A stretch of DNA of 64,000 nucleotides, taken from a virus. The translations under genes and the position numbers were made by a program. Below are positions 11,243 through 22,700 of the stretch, piece after piece. Below the pieces are notes generated by a model, which saw only the letters and a list, made by a program, of their open reading frames with translations, was not told where the DNA came from and did not search any database. Within the stretch, counting starts at the first letter, position 1. Each line of letters begins with the position of its first letter. Where the stretch lies: IMG/VR virus record IMGVR_UViG_3300025141_016157, positions 32,001 through 96,000 of that record; one strand, given 5' to 3'.

Positions 11243-13243
11243 ATGTCAGCAGTAATAAATACAAACCTAGAAGATAAAACAAAAATAGCATCTGATGATA
11301 GTGTTGAAACTTTTGCAGAAATGCTTGCTACTGAGCTAGGCTACGCAGGTTCATCTACTTACGTTTCTACGCCTGTGACATTTATCGATCTTGATGAAGT
11401 CAATAGCATTACATCAGAGTTTTTCTATAATTACTACACAAAAGATGAAAGAACAGTATCAACTGGAAAGTCGACAATTATAGATATAAGCTCAAATGAT
11501 CAAGATGTTGAATTTATAAAAAATCAGAGTAGAATGCCAAGGTCAGTTCTTTTAAAAATTAAATCACGAGAAAAACAAGCTTTTGGAGAAACAAGCTATC
11601 TTGGTAATTTTGCAAATTCCAATATAAACGGTAGATTTATCTCTAATAATATAGATAAGATAGTTTTTGAAGGTGCAGTTGCAAATTCACGATTTTCAAC
11701 TGTAATATTAAAAGATAATCAGATTGATGAAACTTTCTATAATCAGATAACGGGATCAATAGCATTTGATGATTCTTTTTCAAAAACTGATACTAATAGT
11801 CAATTTGTAAATGATTTGTGCGAAAAATATTTCTCACCAACTGCAGAAGCAACCCAGTCTCCCTCAACAATAAGACGAGCATTTTCAAATTTACAACCAG
11901 CTGGTGTTGCATATGCACCAACTGATGCAAGGCTTGAAAGTATAACAGAGGCAATGAGAGATGTTCGGTTTGTAGAAATAGGATTTTCAATTAATCACGC
12001 AGTTATAAACAACATGATATTAGGAAGCGTCGAAGATATGGGAAATATTTATCAGGATGAGCTTTTATCCCTAGCGGATAATGCAAAAGCAATTCAACAA
12101 AAATATGTTTCAGAAATGTCTCCATCTGTCATAGATTCTGCTGATTTTGAAATGGAAATGGCACCTATATACACTGTTACAGTAGATCAGGCTGAATCTC
12201 AAGGTCTAAATGTTAATGAATCTTCTTACCCGATAGGATTTTATATTGAAAAGGTTGAGTTTTTTACAGATGAAAACGGAATAATGACTTCAAGAAATAT
12301 GGATCCAATAGTGGTAGATTCATATGGAAGCTTTACAATTCTTGATTCTGACATAAAATATGGAGCAACATATGTCTATAATACGAAGATAATATATCTA
12401 ACAGCATATGAGGCAACAGCAATAGATCCATCTGGCGATTCGCCAGATGAAGTAGTCTTTGCCATAAGCATGGTTGCATCTGAAGGTAAAAAGACTCAAG
12501 TTGCCTGCTTAGAAAATATTCCTCCAAATCCACCCCAAAATTTAAGATTTAACTATAACTTTATGTCTAATTGTCTTGATATATTCTGGGAAGAGCCGGT
12601 AAATCCGCAAAGAGATGTTGTTAGATATCAGATATTTAGAAGAAAAAATACAAGCCAGTCGTTTGTATTGCTTTGTGAATTAGATTTTGATAATTCAACA
12701 TCAAGGGTTGTACCGCTAGAGACTGCGCCAGAAGATAAAATAATTAGAGTAACAGGTCCAAGAAAGCTTTTCAGAGATAAATCATTTGAAAAAGATTCAG
12801 ACTACATATATGCTCTTGCGTGTGTAGATGCAAGAGGGCTAACCTCATCTTACTCTGAGCAAGTAAAAGTAAGGTTTAATAGATTCAAAAATAAAATAGA
12901 AAGACAAAGGATATCTGCGCCAGGTGCTCCCAAACCATATCCCAATCTATATTTAAAAAGAGATCTGTTCGTCGATAGCATGAATTCTTCAGGTGCTAGA
13001 AGAATGAGAGTTTTCTTTGACCCTGAGTATGCTGATCTTGTTAGAACTGTTATACAGGATGCAGGAGACGGATCACAAAACAATGTAGATTCATCTCTTG
13101 ATCTAATATCAAATAATTATAAAATTCAAATGATAAATTTAGATCTTCAGAATTCACAAGTGTTCAATATAGATATAATAGATAATACAGGGCCAGCATT
13201 AGAGGTTCCTGTAACATCTGCAACAATTAAAAGCATACTGTAA
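11243..13243 (+). CDS. Structural protein with fibronectin type III-like domain
   Basis: IPPNPPQNLRF..LDIFWEEP..YQIFRR..FRD..YIYALACVD.RGL.S.YSE is an FN3-type pattern. Confidence 0.55.
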   Translation: MSAVINTNLEDKTKIASDDSVETFAEMLATELGYAGSSTYVSTPVTFIDLDEVNSITSEFFYNYYTKDERTVSTGKSTIIDISSNDQDVEFIKNQSRMPRSVLLKIKSREKQAFGETSYLGNFANSNINGRFISNNIDKIVFEGAVANSRFSTVILKDNQIDETFYNQITGSIAFDDSFSKTDTNSQFVNDLCEKYFSPTAEATQSPSTIRRAFSNLQPAGVAYAPTDARLESITEAMRDVRFVEIGFSINHAVINNMILGSVEDMGNIYQDELLSLADNAKAIQQKYVSEMSPSVIDSADFEMEMAPIYTVTVDQAESQGLNVNESSYPIGFYIEKVEFFTDENGIMTSRNMDPIVVDSYGSFTILDSDIKYGATYVYNTKIIYLTAYEATAIDPSGDSPDEVVFAISMVASEGKKTQVACLENIPPNPPQNLRFNYNFMSNCLDIFWEEPVNPQRDVVRYQIFRRKNTSQSFVLLCELDFDNSTSRVVPLETAPEDKIIRVTGPRKLFRDKSFEKDSDYIYALACVDARGLTSSYSEQVKVRFNRFKNKIERQRISAPGAPKPYPNLYLKRDLFVDSMNSSGARRMRVFFDPEYADLVRTVIQDAGDGSQNNVDSSLDLISNNYKIQMINLDLQNSQVFNIDIIDNTGPALEVPVTSATIKSIL

Positions 13244-13306
13244 GTTAATGATTAGATTTACAGAAGTTATTTATCGTAATATATAATGATGTAAGGAGTT
13301 TATAAA

Positions 13307-14014
13307 GTGGGATTTTTAGATCATTCAACAAACAACATAATTCTTGATGCTGTGCTAACTGACAAAGGTCGTCAGCTATTGGCTAACGGTGTCGGAAATT
13401 TTTCAATAGCAAAATTTGCGCTAGCAGACGATGAAGTTGACTATAACATTATAGAGCAGTTTGGAAGAACTGTGGGAAAAGAAAAGATTGAGAAGAATAC
13501 ACCTGTTTTAGAAGCGTGTACTACTGGATATCTTGGAGTAAAATACAGAAACCTAAGTCTTAATAATAATAGTCTTTCTGTTCTTCCCACACTAACACTG
13601 GAAACTACTCTTAAAGATGGTGCAATTACAGTATACAGGGGATCAATAGGGGGTGCCGGAGTATCATCCGTAACCCTAAAACAGACAGCGCCAAATGGTG
13701 TAACAATAGATAGTGATAATACAGATTATTCATTCAGAGTAACAGTTGATAATCTATTTCTTGCAATACAGGGTTACGTCCCTGAAACTGTTGACAACTA
13801 CAACATTGCAACATATACTATTCCAGCAAATGCTGCAATAGATTCAGCAAATTTATCACAGGTAACATTTTCAATTATTGCTAAAAGCGTATCTCAGGAT
13901 GTTTTTGATACATATTCGTATACATCTGCACAGGCTTCAACAGTCTCAAGAGTTGTAACAGTCTCTGGGTATAATTCAGGACAGTTTGCAAGCTTTAATG
14001 TTGATGTTAATTAA
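13307..14014 (+). CDS. Baseplate/tail-collar-like structural protein
   Basis: LDAVLTDKGRQLLA..FSIAKFALADDE resembles the N-terminal half of the P2 gpH/DUF3751 domain. AGGAG SD and GTG start. Confidence 0.55.
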   Translation: MGFLDHSTNNIILDAVLTDKGRQLLANGVGNFSIAKFALADDEVDYNIIEQFGRTVGKEKIEKNTPVLEACTTGYLGVKYRNLSLNNNSLSVLPTLTLETTLKDGAITVYRGSIGGAGVSSVTLKQTAPNGVTIDSDNTDYSFRVTVDNLFLAIQGYVPETVDNYNIATYTIPANAAIDSANLSQVTFSIIAKSVSQDVFDTYSYTSAQASTVSRVVTVSGYNSGQFASFNVDVN

Positions 14015-14029
14015 GAGGAAAAGAAGTAA

Positions 14030-15286
14030 GTGAGTACATTTAAACAGTTAAACGCAGCAACAGATATAAAGTCTTCAAGATCAGTTCTTAACCAGCTTGT
14101 TGATATAATTGAAGAAAATATTTCAGGAAGCTTTTATAGAAAAAAATATGAAGTATTTGTAACAGGGGGCGTTGGACCAGGTGTGACATCGTCACTCTTT
14201 CAAACATGCTTTGATCAAGACTATACATTGCAAACTGCAAACGCATTTATGGATATGTCAGTTGGATTATTTTCAGGATCAGACCTTGTATTTAGTGCAT
14301 CTACCGGTATAGACACAAGCGGAAAAGTTTTGTTTCAATCTACATCTATAATGATGAGAGAGAAGGTATCCGGATATAAGCAATTTGCACAATTACTTCT
14401 AGGGAATGCAGAAAGTAGGTTTACAGCACCGTTTGCAGGAACAACTCTTGAAGAGGATAATATTGATGAAGCTCTATTTTTAAACTTTAAGAGATTATTT
14501 TCAAGAGATAAGATAAAGAGAGATTCTTTTGCAATGAGATTTTATAGGTCTGCATCTCACAGCCTTGATATCCATAAGCCAAATTTATGGGAAACATCGG
14601 AAAGTGGATCAGAGATTTTCTCAGATGTAGGATCTTCTGCAAATGTCCAGTCTAGCTTTGGCGGCGAGGTTGGAAATATTGTCAATGCATCTAATACTGG
14701 TGAAACTGTAGGATTGCTTTTTTATCAAAAGGGTATTGCAGTTCTAGATGTCAAGAAGATAATATCGGGATCAGAACACGTATCGGGAACTATATCTGCT
14801 GTAACTAATGCTACTCTTCCGTCAGGATTGGGCAAAGTTTGCCTTGGATACGGGCGCACTACAGCTACGGTCCCAAGCGACGAAATACCTGGCACAAATG
14901 CATATGCCAGGTTCATACCAGATCTTCTCACCTCAGCATCAGTTGATGATATAGTTGATCATTTTGCATCTTGCAGGATGTCATCTGGGTCAAACACAGC
15001 AATTACATTTCAAAACTTAACTAATATTAACTCTACTCTTGTTTTTTGCAGAGCAACGGCAGATGAATTCAACTATTCATCAAATCCAACTTATGTCAAT
15101 CCAGCTACTAATAAGATTAGAGTTATAGAATCAGGAAACGAGTCTACCCAGCATGCATTCTCATATATTACTACTGTTGGTCTCTACGACGAAAATGATA
15201 ATTTAATAGCAGTTGCAAAGACGTCTAGACCGATAGAGAAGAACGATGAGAAGGATATAACTATTAGGGTAAGGCTTGACTTCTAG
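14030..15286 (+). CDS. Baseplate/tail-collar-like structural protein
   Basis: C-terminal FNYSSNPTY..YITTVGLYDENDNLIAVAK..PIEK..IRVRLDF resembles the C-terminal half of DUF3751. Confidence 0.55.
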   Translation: MSTFKQLNAATDIKSSRSVLNQLVDIIEENISGSFYRKKYEVFVTGGVGPGVTSSLFQTCFDQDYTLQTANAFMDMSVGLFSGSDLVFSASTGIDTSGKVLFQSTSIMMREKVSGYKQFAQLLLGNAESRFTAPFAGTTLEEDNIDEALFLNFKRLFSRDKIKRDSFAMRFYRSASHSLDIHKPNLWETSESGSEIFSDVGSSANVQSSFGGEVGNIVNASNTGETVGLLFYQKGIAVLDVKKIISGSEHVSGTISAVTNATLPSGLGKVCLGYGRTTATVPSDEIPGTNAYARFIPDLLTSASVDDIVDHFASCRMSSGSNTAITFQNLTNINSTLVFCRATADEFNYSSNPTYVNPATNKIRVIESGNESTQHAFSYITTVGLYDENDNLIAVAKTSRPIEKNDEKDITIRVRLDF

Positions 15287-15295
15287 AGTCTTGTC

Positions 15296-17788
15296 ATGTC
15301 AATTGTTAAAATACCACCAGAGAGAATTGAAAGATTTTCACTTACACTTCACCCAGAAATAGATTATCTAAGTTCTAGCATAGTTATAAGTTCGCTAGGC
15401 GTAAGACCGGGAACATCAGGATCAATTCCGCTTAGAGCTAGACCAAGCCCGCTTATAAAAGAGCTTGTTGCACCAGGTGTTGGTAGACAGGTAGGAAATG
15501 ACATTAATGCTGGGCCGTCTGCAAGACCATTTAACTCACTAGACTTTGCATCTCTAATAAGCCTTAAATACGCAGTTGATAAAACAGCTGAAGCCAACTT
15601 AGAAAACACAACTGTTGATGTAAAAAGCTATGTTGAAAATTATATGTCAGGTGTTAATCATTCGCCTCAGCCAATTTCAAGCACAAAGAAGATGTATATT
15701 ACAAGGTTCGACCCTCCGTTTTCTTTAAATGATGTAGCTGTAGAAAAGGCAGTAATAAGAAATAATCTAATGACATTTTATGAATCAAGGTATGATTTAT
15801 GCGAAATGTCTTACACAAATTATCATAATTTAAACTTTATGTCTGCCCCGAATGCACCTGGATCTCCTGAAGTTGGGTCTGTCGGTGCAATACCAAATGA
15901 CTCTGCTATAATATATCAAAACTTTGCAACTGGCTCTGGAATGCTTAGACCGTACTCACCAAGCGGATCATTCTCATTTGATTTTTATATAAATCCAAAA
16001 TATCATAATGAGCATCCTGATCTCGAATTCAAAGCTGGTACAATACTACACCTCTCTTCTACGTTTTGTGTATCCCTAGTCTCAGGAACAAGTAGAGATT
16101 CAAGCGGTCTTTTAGACGGCTATAGGTTGATGCTACAGCTTAGTCATAGTGCTGATATATCACCAAGCACTGTTGGGTATGGGTCAACATCTGTTTACCC
16201 AAGAGATTTAATTTTTCTTTCTGATGACAATTCTTTAAGTAGAAATAAGTGGCACCACTGCACAATTCGGTGGGGAACAGATATGCTAAACAATGGAACG
16301 GGAAGCATTATTATTGATAAAAAACCTCATGATTTTGCATGTCCTTCTGCATCCATTATGCCCCCTCCACATGTATCAAATGCTGCTCTTATGGTTGGAA
16401 ATTACTATGAAGGGTCAGATAATGAAGCAAAATTCTTTAACAAGTCTACTCTTTCAGAGGGTGTGTATCCAACATTAGATTTTGGAACTGGATTCAACGT
16501 TGATCCTGAGTGTATCCTTCGACACCCGCTAAATGCAGAAATACATGAAATAAAAATGTTCCAAAGATTTGTATCACTTAGTGAAATAGAATCATTTTCA
16601 AAAACATCACCCACTAATATGAATGATTTATCATTCTATGTACCACCAATGTTTCTCCCAGATACTAGAAAAAGAGAAATGCTTATAACACCTTTCCAGC
16701 AACAAGATACAAAATCAACTAAACCGTTCAATGAAATATTTTCGTTTGGTGTAGGCGGATTTATTATGAATCTTGAAAATCATGTTAAAGATTTTGCAAC
16801 AAGTAATAGGCCAAGATGTTTAAATTTAACAGCTTCTACGATAGATACAACAGTCCAGGATATTACTGCTACTGAATACTGTTATCATACAGGATCTATA
16901 AAAAAGAGAAATTTGACAATTTTACCATGCGATAATGGATATTTTAAACCAAATTATTCAATAATTGCAACTTCGTCAGATAATTCTCCATCAAGATCTA
17001 GAAAGCATGGGGGTTCAGATCTAAGTGTTATATCTTTGGAAAATATGGTTCCAGAGGGCAAGATTTTTAAAGGGCTTCCAACCACTACAGTTAGTGATAT
17101 GAATGCAGTTCTTGACGATGATGCATCAACACTTCCAGATGATCTAAGCGCAACATCAATAGCAGGTCTTGTTGCAGGTGTAACACCCGAGAGTATGGGT
17201 GGTGATTCTGGTCCAATACTTACAATTGCTCAGAGAACTAGAGATTTGTCATCAAATGAAATTTGCTTCTTTGACATTTCTAATATTTACTATGGCGATC
17301 AAATTCTAGAGGATACGCTTTATGTATCTGACCCGTCTTTAACTGGGTCAGACGGAAAAATAAAAATGACCCTTAGGGATAACGGAAGAGGGGGCATGTA
17401 CAGATGCGATTCAGATGGCCCTCACCCCAAGTGGTCAAATGTGGGAAATGCTCTTTACAAAGAAGGTGTTGCAATAATTAAATCTCCACCGCTTACTTTT
17501 TTTGGAAAAGATTGCTTTGAGATAAAAATGAAAGGAGAGCAGAATGTTCATGTTTCAATAGTAAATGTTCCTCTCGCGTCTGGAATGTTCAACTCTTCTA
17601 GCAATCCGTCATTTAAGATACTTTCAGCATCTGGATCCCCCTCTGATACAGGAAAATCTTTCGTGTATATTGATTCTTTAAATATTCACGATGAAAATCT
17701 GAATGTAATTGCAAGAACATCATTTGCGCAACCGATAAAGAAAAGAGTTGAAGATAACATGCTTATTAGATTTAAAATGGATTTCTAA
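15296..17788 (+). CDS. Structural protein with LamG/concanavalin-like domain and a C-terminus paralogous to ORF 14030
   Basis: FSFDFYINP..KWHHCTIRW..EIHEIKMFQR (LamG-like). C-terminus FNSSSNPSF..YIDSLNIHDENLNVIA..PIKK..IRFKMDF. Confidence 0.55.
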   Translation: MSIVKIPPERIERFSLTLHPEIDYLSSSIVISSLGVRPGTSGSIPLRARPSPLIKELVAPGVGRQVGNDINAGPSARPFNSLDFASLISLKYAVDKTAEANLENTTVDVKSYVENYMSGVNHSPQPISSTKKMYITRFDPPFSLNDVAVEKAVIRNNLMTFYESRYDLCEMSYTNYHNLNFMSAPNAPGSPEVGSVGAIPNDSAIIYQNFATGSGMLRPYSPSGSFSFDFYINPKYHNEHPDLEFKAGTILHLSSTFCVSLVSGTSRDSSGLLDGYRLMLQLSHSADISPSTVGYGSTSVYPRDLIFLSDDNSLSRNKWHHCTIRWGTDMLNNGTGSIIIDKKPHDFACPSASIMPPPHVSNAALMVGNYYEGSDNEAKFFNKSTLSEGVYPTLDFGTGFNVDPECILRHPLNAEIHEIKMFQRFVSLSEIESFSKTSPTNMNDLSFYVPPMFLPDTRKREMLITPFQQQDTKSTKPFNEIFSFGVGGFIMNLENHVKDFATSNRPRCLNLTASTIDTTVQDITATEYCYHTGSIKKRNLTILPCDNGYFKPNYSIIATSSDNSPSRSRKHGGSDLSVISLENMVPEGKIFKGLPTTTVSDMNAVLDDDASTLPDDLSATSIAGLVAGVTPESMGGDSGPILTIAQRTRDLSSNEICFFDISNIYYGDQILEDTLYVSDPSLTGSDGKIKMTLRDNGRGGMYRCDSDGPHPKWSNVGNALYKEGVAIIKSPPLTFFGKDCFEIKMKGEQNVHVSIVNVPLASGMFNSSSNPSFKILSASGSPSDTGKSFVYIDSLNIHDENLNVIARTSFAQPIKKRVEDNMLIRFKMDF

Positions 17789-18333
17789 TGGTATCTCTTG
17801 GTCTTGATATTTCTACTTCTTGCACAGGGTGGTGCATACTTGACAAAGATGGTATAATCTTAGAGATAGGCTATATAGACTTGTCAAAAAAACAGGGCCT
17901 GTTTGAAAAAGCAAAGCATGTAAAGCGAAAAATATCCGAGATACACATTAATCATTGCGTTGAAAATATTTTTATTGAAGAAAATCTTCAGTCATTTAGA
18001 AGTGGATTTTCCTCTGCTAAGACAATATCAACTCTTGCAAAGTTCAATGGAATAGTTTCATTTATATGTTTTGAAGAATTTTCAACTACACCCATCTTCT
18101 TTAATGTAAATAGTGCTAGAAAGTCTCTCGGAATATCTATAAAGAGAAAAAAAGATGGGGGACTGCCTGTTAAAGAGCAGCTTTTAGAGTGGGCTCTAAA
18201 GAATGTAGAATATTCATGGCCTAGAAAAATATTAAAATCTGGGCCTAGAAAAGGCCAGAACGTTCCAGACCCTAGATCATATGATATGATTGATGCCTAT
18301 ATAGTCGCAAAAGCCGGCGCAGCAAATTTGTAA
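17788..18333 (+). CDS. RuvC-like Holliday junction resolvase
   Basis: LGLDISTSCTGW, IFIEE and DMIDAYIVA give the RuvC acidic catalytic pattern. Confidence 0.8.
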   Translation: MVSLGLDISTSCTGWCILDKDGIILEIGYIDLSKKQGLFEKAKHVKRKISEIHINHCVENIFIEENLQSFRSGFSSAKTISTLAKFNGIVSFICFEEFSTTPIFFNVNSARKSLGISIKRKKDGGLPVKEQLLEWALKNVEYSWPRKILKSGPRKGQNVPDPRSYDMIDAYIVAKAGAANL

Positions 18334-18356
18334 ATAACTTGGGAATAGTATATTAT
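18328..18356 (+). promoter_or_regulatory. Sigma70-like promoter for primase
   Basis: TTGTAA-N17-TATTAT. Confidence 0.5.
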
Positions 18357-18372
18357 TACACTAAGAGTTATT

Positions 18373-19326
18373 TTGAAATCAAATTTAGAAAAAATTCAAT
18401 TTATAAGAAGTGTTCTTGGTACAACAAAGGTTGCTCGTGACGGAGTTAATGTAGCAGTTAAGTGCCCAAGTTGCAATGAGAAGAAAGGTAAATTTTCTAT
18501 AAATATAGAAAACTGGATGTGTCATTGTTGGATATGTGGAACTAAGAGCAAAAGTTTATATTTTATACTAAAGAAGCATTGTAAAGATGATTCTTCGTTT
18601 AAATTTTTAAAAAATTTTGGACCACCAAAAGGCATAAAAAAAGAAGAAAAAAATATAGAAAGGTTTGTTGAAATACCTGACGGATTTATACTTCTTTCAA
18701 GGTACAGCGGAAAAGATCCCGATATCAGATCAGTAATTCAATATTGCAAAAAAAGAGGAATATCAGATCGAGACTTATGGTATTTTAGAATTGGAGCATC
18801 AAGTGATAAAATGCTGAGAAGAAGAGTTATTATTCCATCATTTGATAAAAAGGGAGATATCAATTATTTTGTATCAAGAACGATAGACTACAATGGATTT
18901 CCAAAGTATTCAAACTCTAAGGCGAAAAAGACAGAGATTATTTTTAATGAAATGAATATAGACTGGAAGCGAGAGGTTACTGTTGTTGAGGGACCGTTTG
19001 ATCTAATGAAAGTTAATGATAACTCAACATGTCTTCTAGGTTCAAAACTACCAAAATCTGGAAAACTTTTTGCAAAAATAGTTGAAAATAAGACACCTAT
19101 TCTTCTAGCGCTTGACAATGATATGTCGCATGAGTCTCATAGAATAGCAAAGCTTTTAAACTCTTATGGTGTAACAGTTAGAATTTTTAAAAATACTTCA
19201 AATACAGATGTTGGAGGAATGAGTAAGAAAATATTTAAAAATATGTCAATTTCATCACCTATCTGGTCTGAGGCTTCAATTTTAAAATTTAAAATAAATT
19301 CAATAAAGTCAGGATCTATTTTTTAG
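18373..19326 (+). CDS. DNA primase (DnaG/gp61-like: Zn finger plus Toprim)
   Basis: CPSC..CHCWICG zinc finger, RVIIPS..YFVSR, KY.N, Toprim VVEGPFD and ALDND. Confidence 0.85.
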   Translation: MKSNLEKIQFIRSVLGTTKVARDGVNVAVKCPSCNEKKGKFSINIENWMCHCWICGTKSKSLYFILKKHCKDDSSFKFLKNFGPPKGIKKEEKNIERFVEIPDGFILLSRYSGKDPDIRSVIQYCKKRGISDRDLWYFRIGASSDKMLRRRVIIPSFDKKGDINYFVSRTIDYNGFPKYSNSKAKKTEIIFNEMNIDWKREVTVVEGPFDLMKVNDNSTCLLGSKLPKSGKLFAKIVENKTPILLALDNDMSHESHRIAKLLNSYGVTVRIFKNTSNTDVGGMSKKIFKNMSISSPIWSEASILKFKINSIKSGSIF

Positions 19327-19356
19327 TAATATTTATACTATGCAAGGGGTTTTGAA

Positions 19357-19713
19357 ATGAACAGAGAAGCGTTTAGAAAGATTATTCATGAAGAAATTAA
19401 GTCTGTTTTGCAAGATGATGCATTGTTTAAAAATAGGGATATTCCTGGAATTCTTGACGCTTACGAAACTTTTGACGACTCTGGTGATGGAAGAAATTTA
19501 AGCTACGGTAGCAATAAGTCAACAGATCATGAGGGAAGTATGACAAAGGGTGAGCTATATGACATATTTACAAAATCACAAAGCCTGTACGACATGTTAG
19601 AAGATAACGATGATCTACCTGAATGGGTTCAAAGTAAAGTTTCAAAAGCTTCAGATAGAATAGAGTCAGTTTACAGTTATCTTAAGAGAAAAATAAAGAC
19701 ACATGATTATTAA
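19357..19713 (+). CDS. Small hypothetical protein, candidate prohead core/internal head protein
   Basis: N-terminal FRKIIHEEI motif, C-terminal DDLPEWVQSKV. ATATTTA upstream. Confidence 0.5.
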   Translation: MNREAFRKIIHEEIKSVLQDDALFKNRDIPGILDAYETFDDSGDGRNLSYGSNKSTDHEGSMTKGELYDIFTKSQSLYDMLEDNDDLPEWVQSKVSKASDRIESVYSYLKRKIKTHDY

Positions 19714-19772
19714 CACATGTACACTCTTCATGAATGTGTAATAATTTATACAATAATGTGCAAAAGTAAGTT

Positions 19773-22700
19773 ATGAAAATAGTCCATATAGCAGATGTTC
19801 ACTGGAGAGGTCTCTCTCGACATGAAGAATATACTGCATCATTTATTGAGTTTTTTAACCAGTGTAAAAATATTAATCCTGATGTCATATACGTCGGAGG
19901 CGATATAGTTCACTCTAAGACCCAGGGTATATCCCCTGAGTTAATTGATAGACTTAGCTGGTGGTTTACAAAGATGGCTGAGATATGTCCAACACATGTA
20001 ATTCTCGGTAATCACGATGGATTAATGAATAATAAAGATAGACAAGATGCAATTTCGCCAATTATTTCAGCGCTTGATAATCCCAATATATATCTATATA
20101 AAAAATCTGGCGTATATCCAACAGGTTTTGACGGATTTAACTGGTGTGTATTTTCATGCTTCGACGAAGAGGGTTGGCAAAGAGTTAGGCCAGTCCCTGG
20201 TGAGATAAATATAGCACTTTTTCATGGCGCTGTGTGGGGATCAAAGACTGATATAGACTGGGAGATTGAGGGTGAAGTTACAGTAGACTTATTCGACAAC
20301 TTTGAATTTGGAATGCTTGGTGATATTCATAGAAGACAATTTCTAAATAGTAAAAAATCAATAGCATACTGCGGAAGTACAATACAACAAAACTACGGTG
20401 AGGATAGCGGAAAAGGATTTCTTTTATGGGACATTAAGGATAAAGATGACTTCACTGTTAGCTTTCATGAAATACAGCATTGCTCTCCATTTGTAACAAT
20501 TGACTGGGGGGGATCTGTAAAAGATACGCTTTTAATAGCAAAGAAAGAAAAACCAGGGAGCAGGTTTAGAATAAAGTCAAAATCTCAAATAACCCAGGCG
20601 CATGCACAGGAAATATCAGCTAGACTTAGAGATAGCATGAATGCAGCTGAGACAGTTTTCAAAAGTGAGAATCAATTTGATACATCAGAATTTTTAACTA
20701 GAAATGATTCAAAGGGTTCAAATCTAAGAGAGGTAACGACTCACTATGATTTGTTTGGAGAATATTTAAAAAATTATAATTTAACGCAAGAGGAAAAAGA
20801 TGACATAAAAGATCTAATTGATAAATATTTTTTCTCTGCAACTTCTAGTGAAGAGGTTTTAAGAAACTCTCGATGGGAAATTGAGAAAATGAATTTTGAT
20901 AATGTTTTTTCCTATGATCAGGAAAACGTCATAGATTTTACAAAAAATACAGGAATTACCGGAATATTTGGAAAAAATACAAAGGGAAAATCATCTATTA
21001 TTGGTGCTTTAATGTACTGTCTTTTTAACACGACTGATAGAGGCCCTATAAAAAATCTTCATATTATCAATAGCAGAAAGAATTTTTGCAAATCATCTGT
21101 TGATATTAAGCTAAATGGTGAAATCTTTAGAGTTACAAGAGGAACAGTAAAACATACTACGAGAAAGGGTGAGACTTATGCATCTACATCCTTAGATCTT
21201 GAGAAAGTATCTAAAGATGGAACAGTTGAAAATCTAGCAGAGGAGCAAAGAAGAGAGACAGAAAAAGTCTTAAGAAGTCTAATTGGAACATCAGAAGACT
21301 TTCTAATGACTTCTCTTGCAAGTCAGGGTGGAATGAATAGATTTATAGGAGAAGGCTCAACATCTAGAAAGACTATACTGACAAAATTTTTAGATCTTGA
21401 AGTATTTGAAAAAATGAGTGATCTTTGTAAGCAAGACTATTCAGACCTTAGGGCAATTTCAAAATCAATAAAACAAGAAGACTGGGATAAAAAAATAGAT
21501 GAAGAAAATGAATGTCTAAAGGTTTCAAATGAATTATTGAATAGCGTAAAGTCAAAAATAAAGTCAGATAGAAAGCTTCTTCACAAGCTTATACAGAGAA
21601 AGAATAAGCTCGGGTACTCTATTGAAGATTCATATACACAAGGCCAAATAGAAGAAAAAAGATCAGAAGTTTCCCTTCTAAAGGAAGATCTATCAGGGAA
21701 AGAAAGTGAAATTGAAAAATTAAAAAAAGAAACATCAGAGAAAATCTCAAAGCTAGAAAAGATAAAAGACGTATGTGATAGCACATCAATTGATTCATTA
21801 AGGGAGCAAAGAGATACAAAAATAGCTTTGGAGAAAAATTTAATAAAGCTAAAAGCAATCCACGAGAAATCACTTATCAGGCTAGAAAAACTAAAAGAGT
21901 CTGCAGATATGTTAAATAAAGTTCCATGTGGAAGCTCTTATCCTGCATGTATGTTTATAAAATCATCTCACGAAGATAGAACTATGATAGATGATCAGGC
22001 TGAAATAGTCAATGCTTCTTACGAAAATCTAAGTTCATGTAATAAAAGTCTTGAAATTATCAAGAAGATAGACCCAGCTTCTAAAATTAAAAAATACGAT
22101 ATTCTATTTTTAAAATTAAAAGATCTTGAAGGTAAAATTAATATATCTAAAGAAAGATTTATCAATCTTGAAAATGGAAGGCTGTCACTTACATCATCAA
22201 TAGAGAAAGAATCTGCAGAGCTAAGGCGGATGGTGGTCCTATCAGAAGGCAACAGTAATTCTTCAGCATTAGACGTACAAGAAAAAATAAACAATATTCA
22301 AAAAGAAATAGAGGCACTAGAGAGGAATCAGTCAGAGATTATTGGAAACATTGCTGCAAGCAAGATTAACGTAGAAAGCCTTGTTGCTGATAGAGAAAAT
22401 CATGATTCAATAAAGCAACAAATGAGATCATATGATTTTTTTATTCAAGCAGTATCGAGAAAAGGAATACCATCAAGAATTATGATGTCAAAGCTGCCAG
22501 CAATAAATAATGAAATATTAAATATACTACAAGGTGTTGTTGACTTTACTGTATCCCTAGAAACTGATACAACAACTAGTGCTATGGATATCTATATTGA
22601 TTATGGTGATAGCAAGAGAATTATTGAGCTTGCTTCTGGTATGGAAAAAATGATTGCATCTTTAGCAATTAGAGTTGCTTTGATCAATACATCATCACTT

